A stretch of 32,000 nucleotides of DNA from Candidatus Saccharimonadota bacterium. GTDB lineage: Bacteria; Patescibacteriota; Gracilibacteria; BD1-5; UBA2023. The notes below the pieces were generated by a model. The model was not told the origin of the DNA. It did not search any database and saw nothing but the letters and a program-made list of their open reading frames with translations. This document shows, piece by piece, positions 11,801 to 20,744 of the stretch; position 1 is the first letter of the stretch, and every line of letters starts with the position of its first letter. Location: positions 300,001 through 332,000 of the forward strand of contig BAAFHK010000001.1 in NCBI GenBank assembly GCA_042852035.1, read 5' to 3'. A program made the position numbers and the translations under genes.

Positions 11801-12137
11801 TACTGATTATGGCATCTTTTATGGAATTTGATATTTCGGTATAGCCTTTATAGGTTCTTTTTCCGTCAGCGTAGAGGGTATAAATTGGCTGCTTGTCTTT
11901 ATCGTAGATGACAGTACTTTCCTGGAAGTAGTCTCATCGCTCTATGGAATCTATAGAAGGTGTATTCTTAATTATACTATAGAGAATAATTCCACCGATA
12001 GTTGCCGCAAGAAGTCAAAGTGCAAAAAGAAATTTTAATATTCCCTGAAGTGAAAAATATGTAGAGGCTCGCTTTAAGCGATTTAAGGTATTTTTTCCCT
12101 TACTACGAAATGAAACCCTTCGAGCTTTTATAGTCAT
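8874..12137 (-). CDS. ponA: Class A penicillin-binding protein (bifunctional transglycosylase/transpeptidase, PBP1A type), 1087 aa with a long C-terminal extension
   Basis: Glycosyltransferase motifs: EDKTFFENPGID, GTSTLSQQL, RKIKEAYL. Transpeptidase motifs: QPGSSFKP (SxxK), YSRN (SxN), KTGTS (with G=TGA at 10083-10085). The whole frame was checked triplet by triplet. Stop is TAA at 8874-8876. Confidence 0.92.
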
Positions 12138-12148
12138 AGCTGAACATG

Positions 12149-13795
12149 TTAAAAATTTTCCCAACCATCATCTGACCGTAATTGAATCTCACTCGATGAG
12201 GGTGACTTTGCTTTACTAGGTATCGATTTATTTATGTTTTTCCCAGAACTAGAAATTGATCCAGAAGTTGATTCTCATGAAGTGGTTGATTTTGGTGGTG
12301 CAGGAAGGTAATATGGGTATTTGAGGTCCTTAAAGTAATCATCACCATCTTTTCCAATAACAAGCTCAATCTTTGGACCAGAATTATTAATATATTCATT
12401 TCTATCAACGGCAGTTAAAGGAATTGCATTATCTAAATATTTGAGTCACTGTATCACAGGTCAATTTGGATCAACACCAACTTTCATTTCTTCATACCAA
12501 TAGTAATTAATATGACTCTTTTCTACCGATCCAGTAGAGGCTGAGAGAGGTTTTTCAAATGAAATCGGAAAGCCTAATTTTGCAAGACCGAATCATATTT
12601 CTTGCGCTCGTTTCTTTTTGGAAGGATCGTGTATTATAACGATTTCTCGAGGAGAGTTCCTGAGGTTAGGGAAACGGAAGGTAATATCTACAAATCTTCT
12701 TATGTCTGTATAGTAGCTCAGTTTTGATGCTTGAGCATTTTCAGGAATTATTACAGCACTTCAGGCAAAAAGATCTCTGCTTGGCGCATAGAGAAAAGAT
12801 CAGGGTTGGCATTTCACGAGCGATAAACAGAAATCAGAGAGGGTAACGATACCAATATCCTCACTTTTGATATCAGAAAATGAAAGAGCAATATCTCCGA
12901 GTTTTGCTAGAGAGAGGTCGGTATCAATATTTGAGATAAGTGCGTTATAAATTTCTCCAAATTTATCAACATCTTTTATTATTCCCAGATCAGAAGCCTT
13001 TTCTTTAATAGATTTTATGATAAGTTGTTGTCTTTCGGATCTATCAAAATCGCTCGTTGAATGACGACTTCTTGCGTATTTTAGGGCTGTTTCTCCATTA
13101 AATATTTGTGGTCATTTTTTTACAGTAAATACTTCATATCACCAGTTATCATCAGGATATTCTCTGTCTGTGAGATCTTCTGGTACATCGATAGCAATAC
13201 CTCCAAGAAGGTCTATTACTTTCTTAAATCATGAAAAATCAATAACAAAATAGTGATCGATTGTCTGTCCGGTAATCTCTGAGACTTTTGATGCAAGATA
13301 TTGTATTCCAACGTTTTTTCTTTTTCAGAGATCATAGAGTGAATTTATTCTTCAAGCTCAGAGTTTTTCTGGATAGGAAACATAGAGGTCTCTAGGTATT
13401 GATAGAAGAGTGACCTGTTTTCTTTCGCTATCGAGAGAGGCAAGAATAATTGAGTCGGTAAGATCGCTTCCATCATGTCACTTTCATCCAATTCAAGCAA
13501 TAAGGATATTTACAGTCCCCTCAATCTTTTGAGTCGTGAATTCTTCTACAAGACTAGGGAGATTTACATTTTCAGAACCATTTTTTTGATTTCCTCGAAA
13601 GGCCTCAATGCTTACCTTCGAGAGAAAAAAAATAGTGAATCCTAAGAGAATCAAAACAACTGTGGTCTTTTTAGTAAAAAACTTTTTTCATTTCTCAATA
13701 TTCTTTCATTGGTGAGTTGGAGTAGGTGTACTTTTTACTGATTCATTCAGGTTTTTTTCTACTTTATGAATCTTTTTTGTTTTGAAGTGAGACAT
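12149..13795 (-). CDS. LytR-CpsA-Psr (LCP) family cell-wall glycopolymer ligase, 548 aa
   Basis: An N-terminal TM segment (TTVVLILLGFTIFFL) is followed by these LCP-core segments:
- NILIAGIGGKGHDGSDLTDSIILASLDSERKQVTLLSIPRDLYV
- INSLYDLG
- IDHYFVIDFSGFKKVIDLLGGIAIDVPE
- GETALKYARSRHSTSDFDRSERQQLII
Stop is TAA at 12149-12151. Confidence 0.85.
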
Positions 13796-13801
13796 GCCCG
13801 G

Positions 13802-13829
13802 ATTATAGGAAAAAGACGCGCTTTTTCAA
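13802..13829 (-). promoter_or_regulatory. Sigma70-like promoter of the envelope operon, predicted to give a leaderless mRNA
   Basis: Minus strand reads TTGAAA (13829-13824), 16 nt, TATAAT (13807-13802), ccgggc, ATG (13795). The -10 box ends 6 nt before the start codon. Confidence 0.55.
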
Positions 13830-13944
13830 ACCAAAATCCGATTTTTTCACAAAGATTGCACATTTTTGTGAAAATTATCTGCAAATCACCTGAAAAACTC
13901 TTTTATCAAACTGAGAAGTTCTATTTTATCAATTGTTATTTTTT

Positions 13945-13972
13945 TTGACAAACCCAATCTTTGTTATACATT
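13945..13972 (+). promoter_or_regulatory. Candidate promoter of rsmH (probably leaderless)
   Basis: TTGACA (13945-13950), 16 nt, TACATT (13967-13972), 6 nt, ATG 13979. An alternative TGtTATACA lies at 13962-13970. The -10 element is weak. Confidence 0.35.
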
Positions 13973-13978
13973 CATTAT

Positions 13979-14902
13979 ATGCATAGTGACCTCCATACGC
14001 CAGTACTTCTCGAGGAAGTGAAATCAATTTTTCTCGAAAAAAACTATATTCATCCAGTAGTTATTGATGCTACACTATGATTGTGATGACATGCTGAAAT
14101 GTTTTGTACTAATATGCATGATTGAATATTTGTATGATTTGATCGGGATACAGAAAATCTAGCTCGCGCTCAGCAACATTTAGAAAGCTTCTCACAAATC
14201 CCAAGGAAAATATTTATTCCAGAAAGCTTTGAGCTCCTTAGGCAAAGTCTTGAAAATTATGGTATAGATCAAATCCAATCCATTCTCTATGACTTAGGCG
14301 TGAGTAGTGTTCATTATGATGATGCGGTGAGAGGTTTTAGCATACGGGAGGATGGGCCATTGGATATGCGATTTGATAGAAGAAAATGAAAGACAGCTGA
14401 AGATTTAGTAATGTCACTTGATGTTCGTGAGCTTTCTAAAATTTTTGAAAACTATGGTGAAGAGAAAAAAGCGTGGTTTATTGCCAATGCAATTTCCGAT
14501 ACAAGAAAACATACTCGAATTGATTCCACAAAGAAACTTCTTGATATCATTTCTCAATCAAGTTTTGATAAAAAATCCCCGATTCGTGTTTTTCAAGCCC
14601 TAAGAATTGCGGTGAATGATGAATTTTCTCATATAGAAAGCTCTTTGAATCAAGCGCTTAGTCTTTTGAGTGTTTGATGAATTATAATGGTTATCACTTT
14701 TCATTCGGTTGAAGATCGTCTCGTAAAACAGCTTTTTGCTCGTTATCTTGAGGATAGAGTTGATGATATAACCTGACAAATAATAGAAAAGGCTCATTTT
14801 CGAAAGTTAACAAAGAAACCAATCGAACCAAATGAAAAAGAAATCGAAGTAAATCCGAGAAGTCGGAGTGCTAAACTAAGAATTATTGAGAGAATATATT
14901 AA
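13979..14902 (+). CDS. rsmH: 16S rRNA (cytosine1402-N4)-methyltransferase RsmH/MraW (307 aa)
   Basis: Motifs in order:
- HTPVLLEEV
- VIDATLGLGGHAE (three Gly = TGA at 14078, 14084, 14087)
- [18 protein letters not shown]
- DGPLDMRFD
- [14 protein letters not shown]
- [11 protein letters not shown]
Same frame as track ORF 14411..14677. Stop is TAA at 14900-14902. Confidence 0.93.
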
Positions 14903-14947
14903 CGCTATCGCTCTTTACAAAATTTAGTTTCTCTATAGATTGAAGGC

Positions 14948-15307
14948 ATGAATGCTAATGTTCTCGTAGCAAAAAAATGACATATTCCATTCTTCTCAGA
15001 GCGTAAAGCAGCACGAGAGAACTTTCGTTTTACCTTTACACAAGTATATATAGTTCTTATTGCGCTTATCTCTCTTTTTGGCGTATACTATGTCTGGATT
15101 CTCAATATTAACGCTACAAAGTGATATAATGTCAGAGAACTTCAGGTGAAGAACCGAGAGCTCTCTTTTCAAGAAAATCTTCTTGATATTCGTATTGCTG
15201 AATGACAATCCATAGGATCAATTATGGGATCAGAAATTATAACCTCCATGGAAGAGGTAAGCTCACCACATTTTCTCGTACTTAAAAATTCACCCGTAAA
15301 AGAATAG
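14948..15307 (+). CDS. FtsL-like small bitopic cell-division protein (119 aa)
   Basis: It sits directly after rsmH, as in dcw clusters. A basic N-terminus is followed by one TM segment (VYIVLIALISLFGVYYVWIL) and then a coiled-coil-like segment (RELQVKNRELSFQENLLDIRIAEG). Stop is TAG at 15305-15307. There is no strong sequence motif. Confidence 0.5.
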
Positions 15308-15309
15308 AT

Positions 15310-15900
15310 ATGCCCGAAGCTCTCAAGAGATTGATTGATATGATACATTACTTGCCTTGAATTGGCGAGAAAACGGCAGCTAAACTTGCCTTTTTTCTTT
15401 TAAAAGCTCATCCAGCATATGTGGGAAATTTTTCAAAGGCCCTTGCAAATCTTCATGATGAAATACATGAATGTGAAATATGTCATGCAATGACAGATAA
15501 AAATCATTCACAATGCAGTATTTGTAGGGATGAAAAAAGGGATTCGCACCTTCTGTGTGTAGTAGAAGATTATCTCGATATGCTTTCGATTGAGCGAACA
15601 GGGGTGTATCGTGGGAGATACCATGTTCTTGGAGGAGTTGTTTCTCCTATTGCTGGTACATTACCGGATAAGCTCAATTATGCTTCTCTTTTTGAGAGAG
15701 TGGGGGAGTCTATCGATATTGAGGAGGTTATAATTGCTACAAACCCAAATATAGAATGAGAAGCAACAGCTCTTTATGCTATAGAACATATGCCTCGACA
15801 AGTGAAAATATCACGACTCTCAAAATGACTTCCGCATGCTGGTTCCATTGAATACGCCGATGAGATTACGCTCTTATCGGCATTTCGAGGAAGGGGATAA
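15310..15900 (+). CDS. recR: Recombination protein RecR (196 aa)
   Basis: HhH motif: MPEALKRLIDMIHYLPGIGEKTAAKLAFFLL, with G=TGA at 15358. Cys4 zinc finger: CEICHAMTDKNHSQCSIC. Toprim domain: LCVVEDYLDMLSIERTGVYRGRYHVLGG...ATNPNIEGEATALY. Stop is TAA at 15898-15900. Confidence 0.93.
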
Positions 15901-16011
15901 GTGCTTAATTAAAAATAGAACCGTAGTTGATGGGACTCTAGGAGTCCTTATAATGGCTGCAGTAGTATGGGGGCATGCAATAGCTCTCCCCTAAGGTTTT
16001 CTCCAACTTCT

Positions 16012-16046
16012 AAAAAATAACCCTCTACTATTACTGGTAGAGGGTT
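16012..16046 (-). terminator. Rho-independent terminator downstream of rplA
   Basis: aaccctctac / gtagagggtt is a 10-bp stem (16019-16028 and 16037-16046) with an 8-nt loop. On the minus strand it is followed by ATTTTTTA (plus-strand A-run 16012-16017). Confidence 0.7.
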
Positions 16047-16105
16047 TATCTAAGCTTCTAGATGAGCGCAAGCAAGCTTTGAATGACTAAAATCAGAAAA
16101 CTGAA

Positions 16106-16801
16106 CTATAAACTGACATCAAGCTTAATTCCAGGACCCATAGCATTACAAAGATAGATTGACTTAGCAAAAACAGTTCCTCCCTTAAGTCCACTTGGTC
16201 GTGATGACTTCATTGTCTTGAGAAAGTACTCGATGTTCTCTTCGAGCTTAGTAGATCCGAAAGAAAGTTTCCCAACGATTGAGTGAACATTTCCTTGTTT
16301 ATCATTCTTGAATTCGAATCGACCAGCAGCAAGCTCCTTAGCAATAGCTACGAGATCGTCACCTACAGTTCCAGCTTTCGGGTTTGGCATGAGACCTTTT
16401 GGACCGAGAACTTTAGCAACCTTACCCATTTTCTTCATCATACCAGTTGTCGCAATCGCGATTTCAAAATCAATTTTTCCTTGGAGGACAGCATCGATGA
16501 GATCATCTCCACCAGCAACTGTTACTCCAAGTGCCTTAAGTTCTGCTTCGTTTCCGAGGTCAGTAAAGGCTCCAATTTTTTTGGTTTTTCAAGTTCCATG
16601 AGGAAGAGATATAGTACTTCGCACAAGCTGATCAGCTTGTCGTGGATCAATATTGAGATTAAAATGAATTTCAATAGTTGGATCAAATTTTACTGTGTTG
16701 GTTCGTTCAAGGAGATCAACCGCCTCCTTTACAGAGTAGGCACGATCCTTTTCAACGAGTGCAACAGCTTGATTGTACTTCTTACCGTGTTTTGTAGACA
16801 T
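16106..16801 (-). CDS. rplA: 50S ribosomal protein L1 (231 aa)
   Basis: Track ORFs 16589..16882 and 16106..16441 are joined by one TGA, giving ...STISLPHGTGKTKKIGAF...GMMKKMGKVAKVLGPKGLMPNPKAGTV.... The start is taken at MSTKHGKKY (ATG 16801). Stop is TAG at 16106-16108. Confidence 0.95.
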
Positions 16802-16913
16802 ATACGTAAAAAAACGTGAAAAAATAAATTTGGTCCAATCGTTCCTAATGTTTTCTGACCAAGAAAATAGAGGAACTCCCACCTTTCACGTGTACTTGGA
16901 CGCAGGGAGTATA
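16802..16913 (-). promoter_or_regulatory. rplA promoter (-10 TATACT at 16913-16908) plus a ~100-nt structured 5' leader
   Basis: Minus strand reads TTGCAT, 15 nt, TATACT. The leader is ACUCCCUGCGUCCAAGUACACGUGAAAGGUGGGAGUUCC...UUGGUCAG...GACCAA.... It contains an ACUCCC/GGGAGU stem and a UUGGUC/GACCAA stem. Any L1-binding role is speculative. Confidence 0.35.
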
Positions 16914-16921
16914 TTCTTTTT

Positions 16922-16949
16922 TTGCAAAATGCAAGTTTTTCTTTATAAT
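16922..16949 (+). promoter_or_regulatory. Consensus sigma70-like promoter of the barstar-family gene (leaderless)
   Basis: TTGCAA (16922-16927), 16 nt, TATAAT (16944-16949), 7 nt, ATG 16957. Confidence 0.6.
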
Positions 16950-16956
16950 GTTCGCC

Positions 16957-17262
16957 ATGACTGATACTCCCCATCAAATCCATATATATGGAACAAAGAT
17001 TACTAGCCTCGACGATCTCTACGAAGAGATACTCGAGCAAATGCCGGAAAAGCGTTCATATTTTGGCTATAATCTCGATGCACTTTACGATGTTCTCTCT
17101 GATGAAAATATCGATAGGATAGTTATACATAAGTCTCGTTACTTAAAAAAAGCACTAGATAATTCTGATGAGGGGGAAGTCAATTGACATTCACCTTACT
17201 ACCAAGTATTGGATGTTCTTACGGACTTAGATTATGTTGATATTATTTTGCAGGATGATTAG
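16957..17262 (+). CDS. Barstar-family ribonuclease inhibitor (101 aa)
   Basis: MTDTPHQIHIYGTKITSLDDLYEEILEQMPEKRSYFGYNLDALYDVLSDENIDRIVIHKS...YYQVLDVLTDLDYVDIILQDD. Compare B. amyloliquefaciens barstar: ...[30 protein letters not shown]...VLQVFREAKAEGCDITIILS. One in-frame TGA at 17185. Stop is TAG at 17260-17262. Confidence 0.75.
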
Positions 17263-17325
17263 TGTTGACTTCTAGTCCTTCCTGCTTTTGGAATTAGTGT
17301 AGAGCTTTCTTATCTAGAATCACCA

Positions 17326-18201
17326 TTAAGTACCTTGTACGAGTTGGTCAAAAAAATCTTTTTTTGTCCCACTATGGATTCGTATTCTATTAAGGTTAAA
17401 AAGAGATCCTGTTGATGAGTTATAATCTCTTCCAAATCATGTTGACCAGGCAATACTATAGCCGCATTCATTGAGAATTCTTTCATCAATAAGTTTATTT
17501 ATCCTGCCACTTGGATAGATGTAGGCATATACTTCTTTATCAATAATTCTTTCAAGGATTTTTTTTGAGTCACAGGCTTCGTGTCTTTCTTGGGCTTCTT
17601 CAAGTTTGCTGTTATCAATATGACTTACTGAGTGTGATGCAATAGTTACAATTGGATTTTTCGACATGGTGAGAAGCTCTCACGTTGATATAAACCCACT
17701 TTTATCTAGGAAATCGGTAACAACACCAAGAAAGAAGGGAATTCTGTATTCATTAATTATTGGATAGAGGTTGGAATACATATCACTCCATCCATCATCA
17801 GCAGAAAATATCCATATGTTTTCATGAGAAAAACAGTTAGTTCTGATTGCCTCTATAAAACTATCGCCATTCATGAGTGAGATTTTTCAACTTTCTGAAA
17901 GTTCATGTACCTTCTTCATATGTTCACGAAATTCATTAGGAGGAATGGAGAGGTCATGTGTAATAGGGGTATCCCTTTGATCATAATCTCGTACGTAGTG
18001 GTACATAAAAAAATACACCTTTGGATGATAAACGCATTTTCATCATTGGGTGTTGATAGTATTTCATGAGAAATTTTGGTGTACTGATTTGCCTATAAAT
18101 CATTCATTTTGATCAAAATCATAACAGGAATTCAATAAAAAAAGAGCCATGAAATAAATAATTCAGCTTTTGAGTGCATGAAGTAGGGAAAATTTTCGCA
18201 T
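17326..18201 (-). CDS. Polysaccharide deacetylase (NodB homology domain) with an N-terminal signal/lipobox-like segment, 291 aa
   Basis: Starts MRKFSLLHALKSGIIYFMALFLLNSC.... NodB motifs are FSADDGWSD, IASHSVSHI and YIYPSGRIN. It joins track ORFs 17680..17874 and 17437..17667 in one frame. Stop is TAA at 17326-17328. Confidence 0.75.
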
Positions 18202-18247
18202 GGGTAATTACAAGAATTTTCTTACGAGGGATTCATTTATTCGAATA

Positions 18248-19441
18248 TTATTTTACAATTTCACCAGGAAGCGTTGTTCCATCTGATGGGATTGTTCGAC
18301 CAGGATATATTGTTGTATTTGCTCAAAATCTCACATGATCTCCAACTATGGCTCAGAGTTTTCTTCTTCCGGTATCAACAAGTTTTCCTTTAGAAAGTGC
18401 TCGGATATTTGTACTATCATGGCGCCAGTTTGTTGTGATAGTTCCGGATCAAAAATTTACATCCATTCATGCGACGGTATCAACAATAACAGTTCATTGA
18501 GCCACGACTGTATTGTCTCAGAAATAACAGTTCTTGATTTCTGAATAGGCTCCTGCCCGAGTTGTTGATCAAAAATAGGTATTTCCTCTTATGTGAGTAT
18601 AGGGTCAAATTTGACAGTTTTTTCAGAAGTAGGCATTTCCCTCGATATAGGTTCCTGATTTGAGTATTGCTCATTCTTCAAGGTAAACATTTCATTTAAT
18701 GGTCACATTTGGTTCAATAATTGCTCAATTATTGACTAATTCCTGGTAACTTCAGATAATTTCATCATTTGCTTTTAGAAGATCCCAAGGGTACCCGATA
18801 GATATCCAACGTCATTGAGCTTCGATTACATTGTACTTTCATTCCTGAGCATACTTATGTATAAAATCCGTTATCTCTATTTCCCCTCGAGAAGATGGCT
18901 TAAGGAGTTTTAATTCAGAAAAAATATCAGAATGAAATTTATGACATCATATATTAACCTGATTTCCGAGGGATCTATCTGTAGGCTTTTCTATAAATCC
19001 ATTTATAACTCACTTACTATTTCTTGTAAAAATTCAGAAAAGTTCCGGTGTTGGAGTTTCTCGAACAAGAGTGGTATTACTCTTTGCTTTTATAAGATTT
19101 TGGAGGTCATTTTTATCATAGAGATCATCTCAGGATACAACAACAAATTCTCAATGTAATTTTCCTTCTAGAGAAAGTATTGCTGCTCAGGTTCACATTA
19201 CATCCCCCAGTTGCTCTATGTAGTGGATTTTTTTTCCTTTATAAGTTTCTCCAAAGTACTCAGGGAAGCACTCCTTTTTGTATTTTATGATAATATATAT
19301 ATCTTCGAATACATCAACTATCTCTTCAATGTTGTGTTCTATAAGGGTCTTTCAGCATATCTTTATGAGGGGTTTTGGAGTATTATCTGTTATAGGTCGC
19401 ATACGCGATCCTTCTCAGGCAGCCATAATCACAAGGTGCAT
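18248..19441 (-). CDS. Sugar-1-phosphate nucleotidyltransferase with a C-terminal left-handed beta-helix (GlmU-like / archaeal-type bifunctional enzyme), 397 aa
   Basis: N-terminus: [36 protein letters not shown], the NTP-transferase G-x-G-t-R-l motif. C-terminal half: hexapeptide-like repeats (IIEPNVTIKGNVYLEEGAILKSGTYIEGNAYFGKNCQIGPYTHIRGNTYFG...). The frame was checked. Stop is TAA at 18248-18250. Confidence 0.8.
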
Positions 19442-19492
19442 AAAATTCAAAAATTAGTGAAACAAACACCCATAGAGTCTATAAAACATACT

Positions 19493-19527
19493 AAAAAAGT
19501 AAAGAAAAATCCACCATTTGGTGGATT
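19493..19527 (-). terminator. Rho-independent terminator of the AAA ATPase gene, overlapping its stop codon
   Basis: aatccacc / ggtggatt is an 8-bp stem (19508-19515 and 19520-19527) with a 4-nt loop. On the minus strand it is followed by TTTTTCTTTACTTTTTT. The TAA stop (19526-19528) lies in the stem. Confidence 0.6.
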
Positions 19528-20677
19528 ATATAGCTACATGTGGAATAATAATAAAGGGAGTTCAGTAAATATCTTTTTTTCATCATAATCATCAATTAAC
19601 GAGCATATATCTTTCAATTTTATTGTGATAGTCTTCATCAAATGTTTTAAAAACTTGAGAAATGGATTCGCTTTCTCTAAGAGTAACAAGAACAGGGGTA
19701 ATTGTTTCTGTTGCTGAATTCTCAAGTATAAATGTTATTTCAGCTCAGGATTTTTTTCTATAGTACGAAATGGTATGTGATGCATCGAGTTTTCTTTCGA
19801 GTTCAAGATAGATAAAATTCTCTATGGATCACTGTTTTAAGGTTCATTGATTGTAAGTATCTCATAAGAGTGATTTCACAAATGAAAGATCACTAAAGTA
19901 TATTTTTACATGACGAGACGTTTCCGTAAGGCTATTTTGTCACCAGGGTCAAATCGCTTTGATTATACCGAGTTCTTGAAGAATTCCGGTATATTTATGA
20001 ACCTTTCTTCGAGAGATTCAAAGGAGTTTTGCTATTTGATCGGCCTTGAATAAATTCCCCATATTCATAGCAAGAGTTCTCATGAATTCCATTATTGACT
20101 CTGCTTCCTTTTTGAACACTTTAGATTCAATAATTGCCCTTTTTGAGTTAAAATCATCTGAAATGCTTTCTGGATTACTAAGATGATTCGGGAATCATCA
20201 ACGCTCCATATAAACTTCTTTGAGCTGATTAAGTTTTTCGGTATTACTTTCTCAAGCAAGTATTTTTGAAATTTCAACTGGATATCACTGACTATCTGCA
20301 TATTCGCGAAAGCTAACAATTCAAAGAGTGATATTCTCTACCGTATCAATTTCAACCCTCATTTCAGAAGTCAAAATAAGCTTCTTTCATTCGGGTATTG
20401 TATCAATAATACTCTTCCAGTATTCGTCTGGTCTTGAGTTTTCAGAATCAATAATAGTGATTCAATTCTTAAAAAGCTCTTGGGTATTCAAATCCGATTC
20501 AGATTCAGAAAAGATATAGCTATACTCTCATTCATTGCCAAAAAAGCCTTCGCCTTCAAGTTCACGCAGGAGTGTTGATTTACCAATTCATTTTTCACCA
20601 ATGAGTGCAATGCATCGTATACTTGCATCATCGAGCTTTTGTTTTAATAAATCGATGGTTTTTTGTCTTCGTATCAT
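19526..20677 (-). CDS. COG1373-type AAA+ ATPase (P-loop domain plus DUF4143-like C-terminal region), 383 aa
   Basis: Segments in order:
- MIRRQKTIDLLKQKLDDASIRCIALIGEKGIGKSTLLRELEG (Walker A with a TGA Gly)
- ERGGFPNHL
- GAEITFILE...PVLVTLR...FIIIPHVAI
This resembles the EVDFV / EVK / iP..f tail of that family. The frame was checked. Stop is TAA at 19526-19528. Confidence 0.65.
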
Positions 20678-20691
20678 AAAATCTTTTACTA

Positions 20692-20700
20692 ATTATAGCA
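20692..20700 (-). promoter_or_regulatory. Extended -10 element upstream of the AAA ATPase gene
   Basis: Minus strand reads TGcTATAAT (20700-20692), 14 nt upstream of ATG 20677. Confidence 0.4.
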
Positions 20701-20744
20701 AAAGACAGTAAAATGAGCAAATATTTTCTAAGAAATGTCCAATA

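Noticed and set aside
15901-16011. A possible small RNA, tRNA or SRP RNA in the 205-nt recR-rplA spacer. It contains a TATAAT at 15950-15955 and short hairpins ggactc/gagtcc and gggg/cccc.
   Set aside because: There is no tRNA cloverleaf and no SRP domain IV motif. The stems are short (4-6 bp). The evidence is not sufficient for a call.
16283-16819. The 178-aa plus-strand ORF (and 16308..16601) in the track.
   Set aside because: It is antisense to rplA, which is unambiguous. Its translation is low-complexity with no recognisable motif.
16948-16950. ATG 16948 as the barstar start (the track ORF start).
   Set aside because: This ATG overlaps the TATAAT box (16944-16949). The in-frame ATG at 16957 is correctly spaced for a leaderless start. 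The choice remains unproven.
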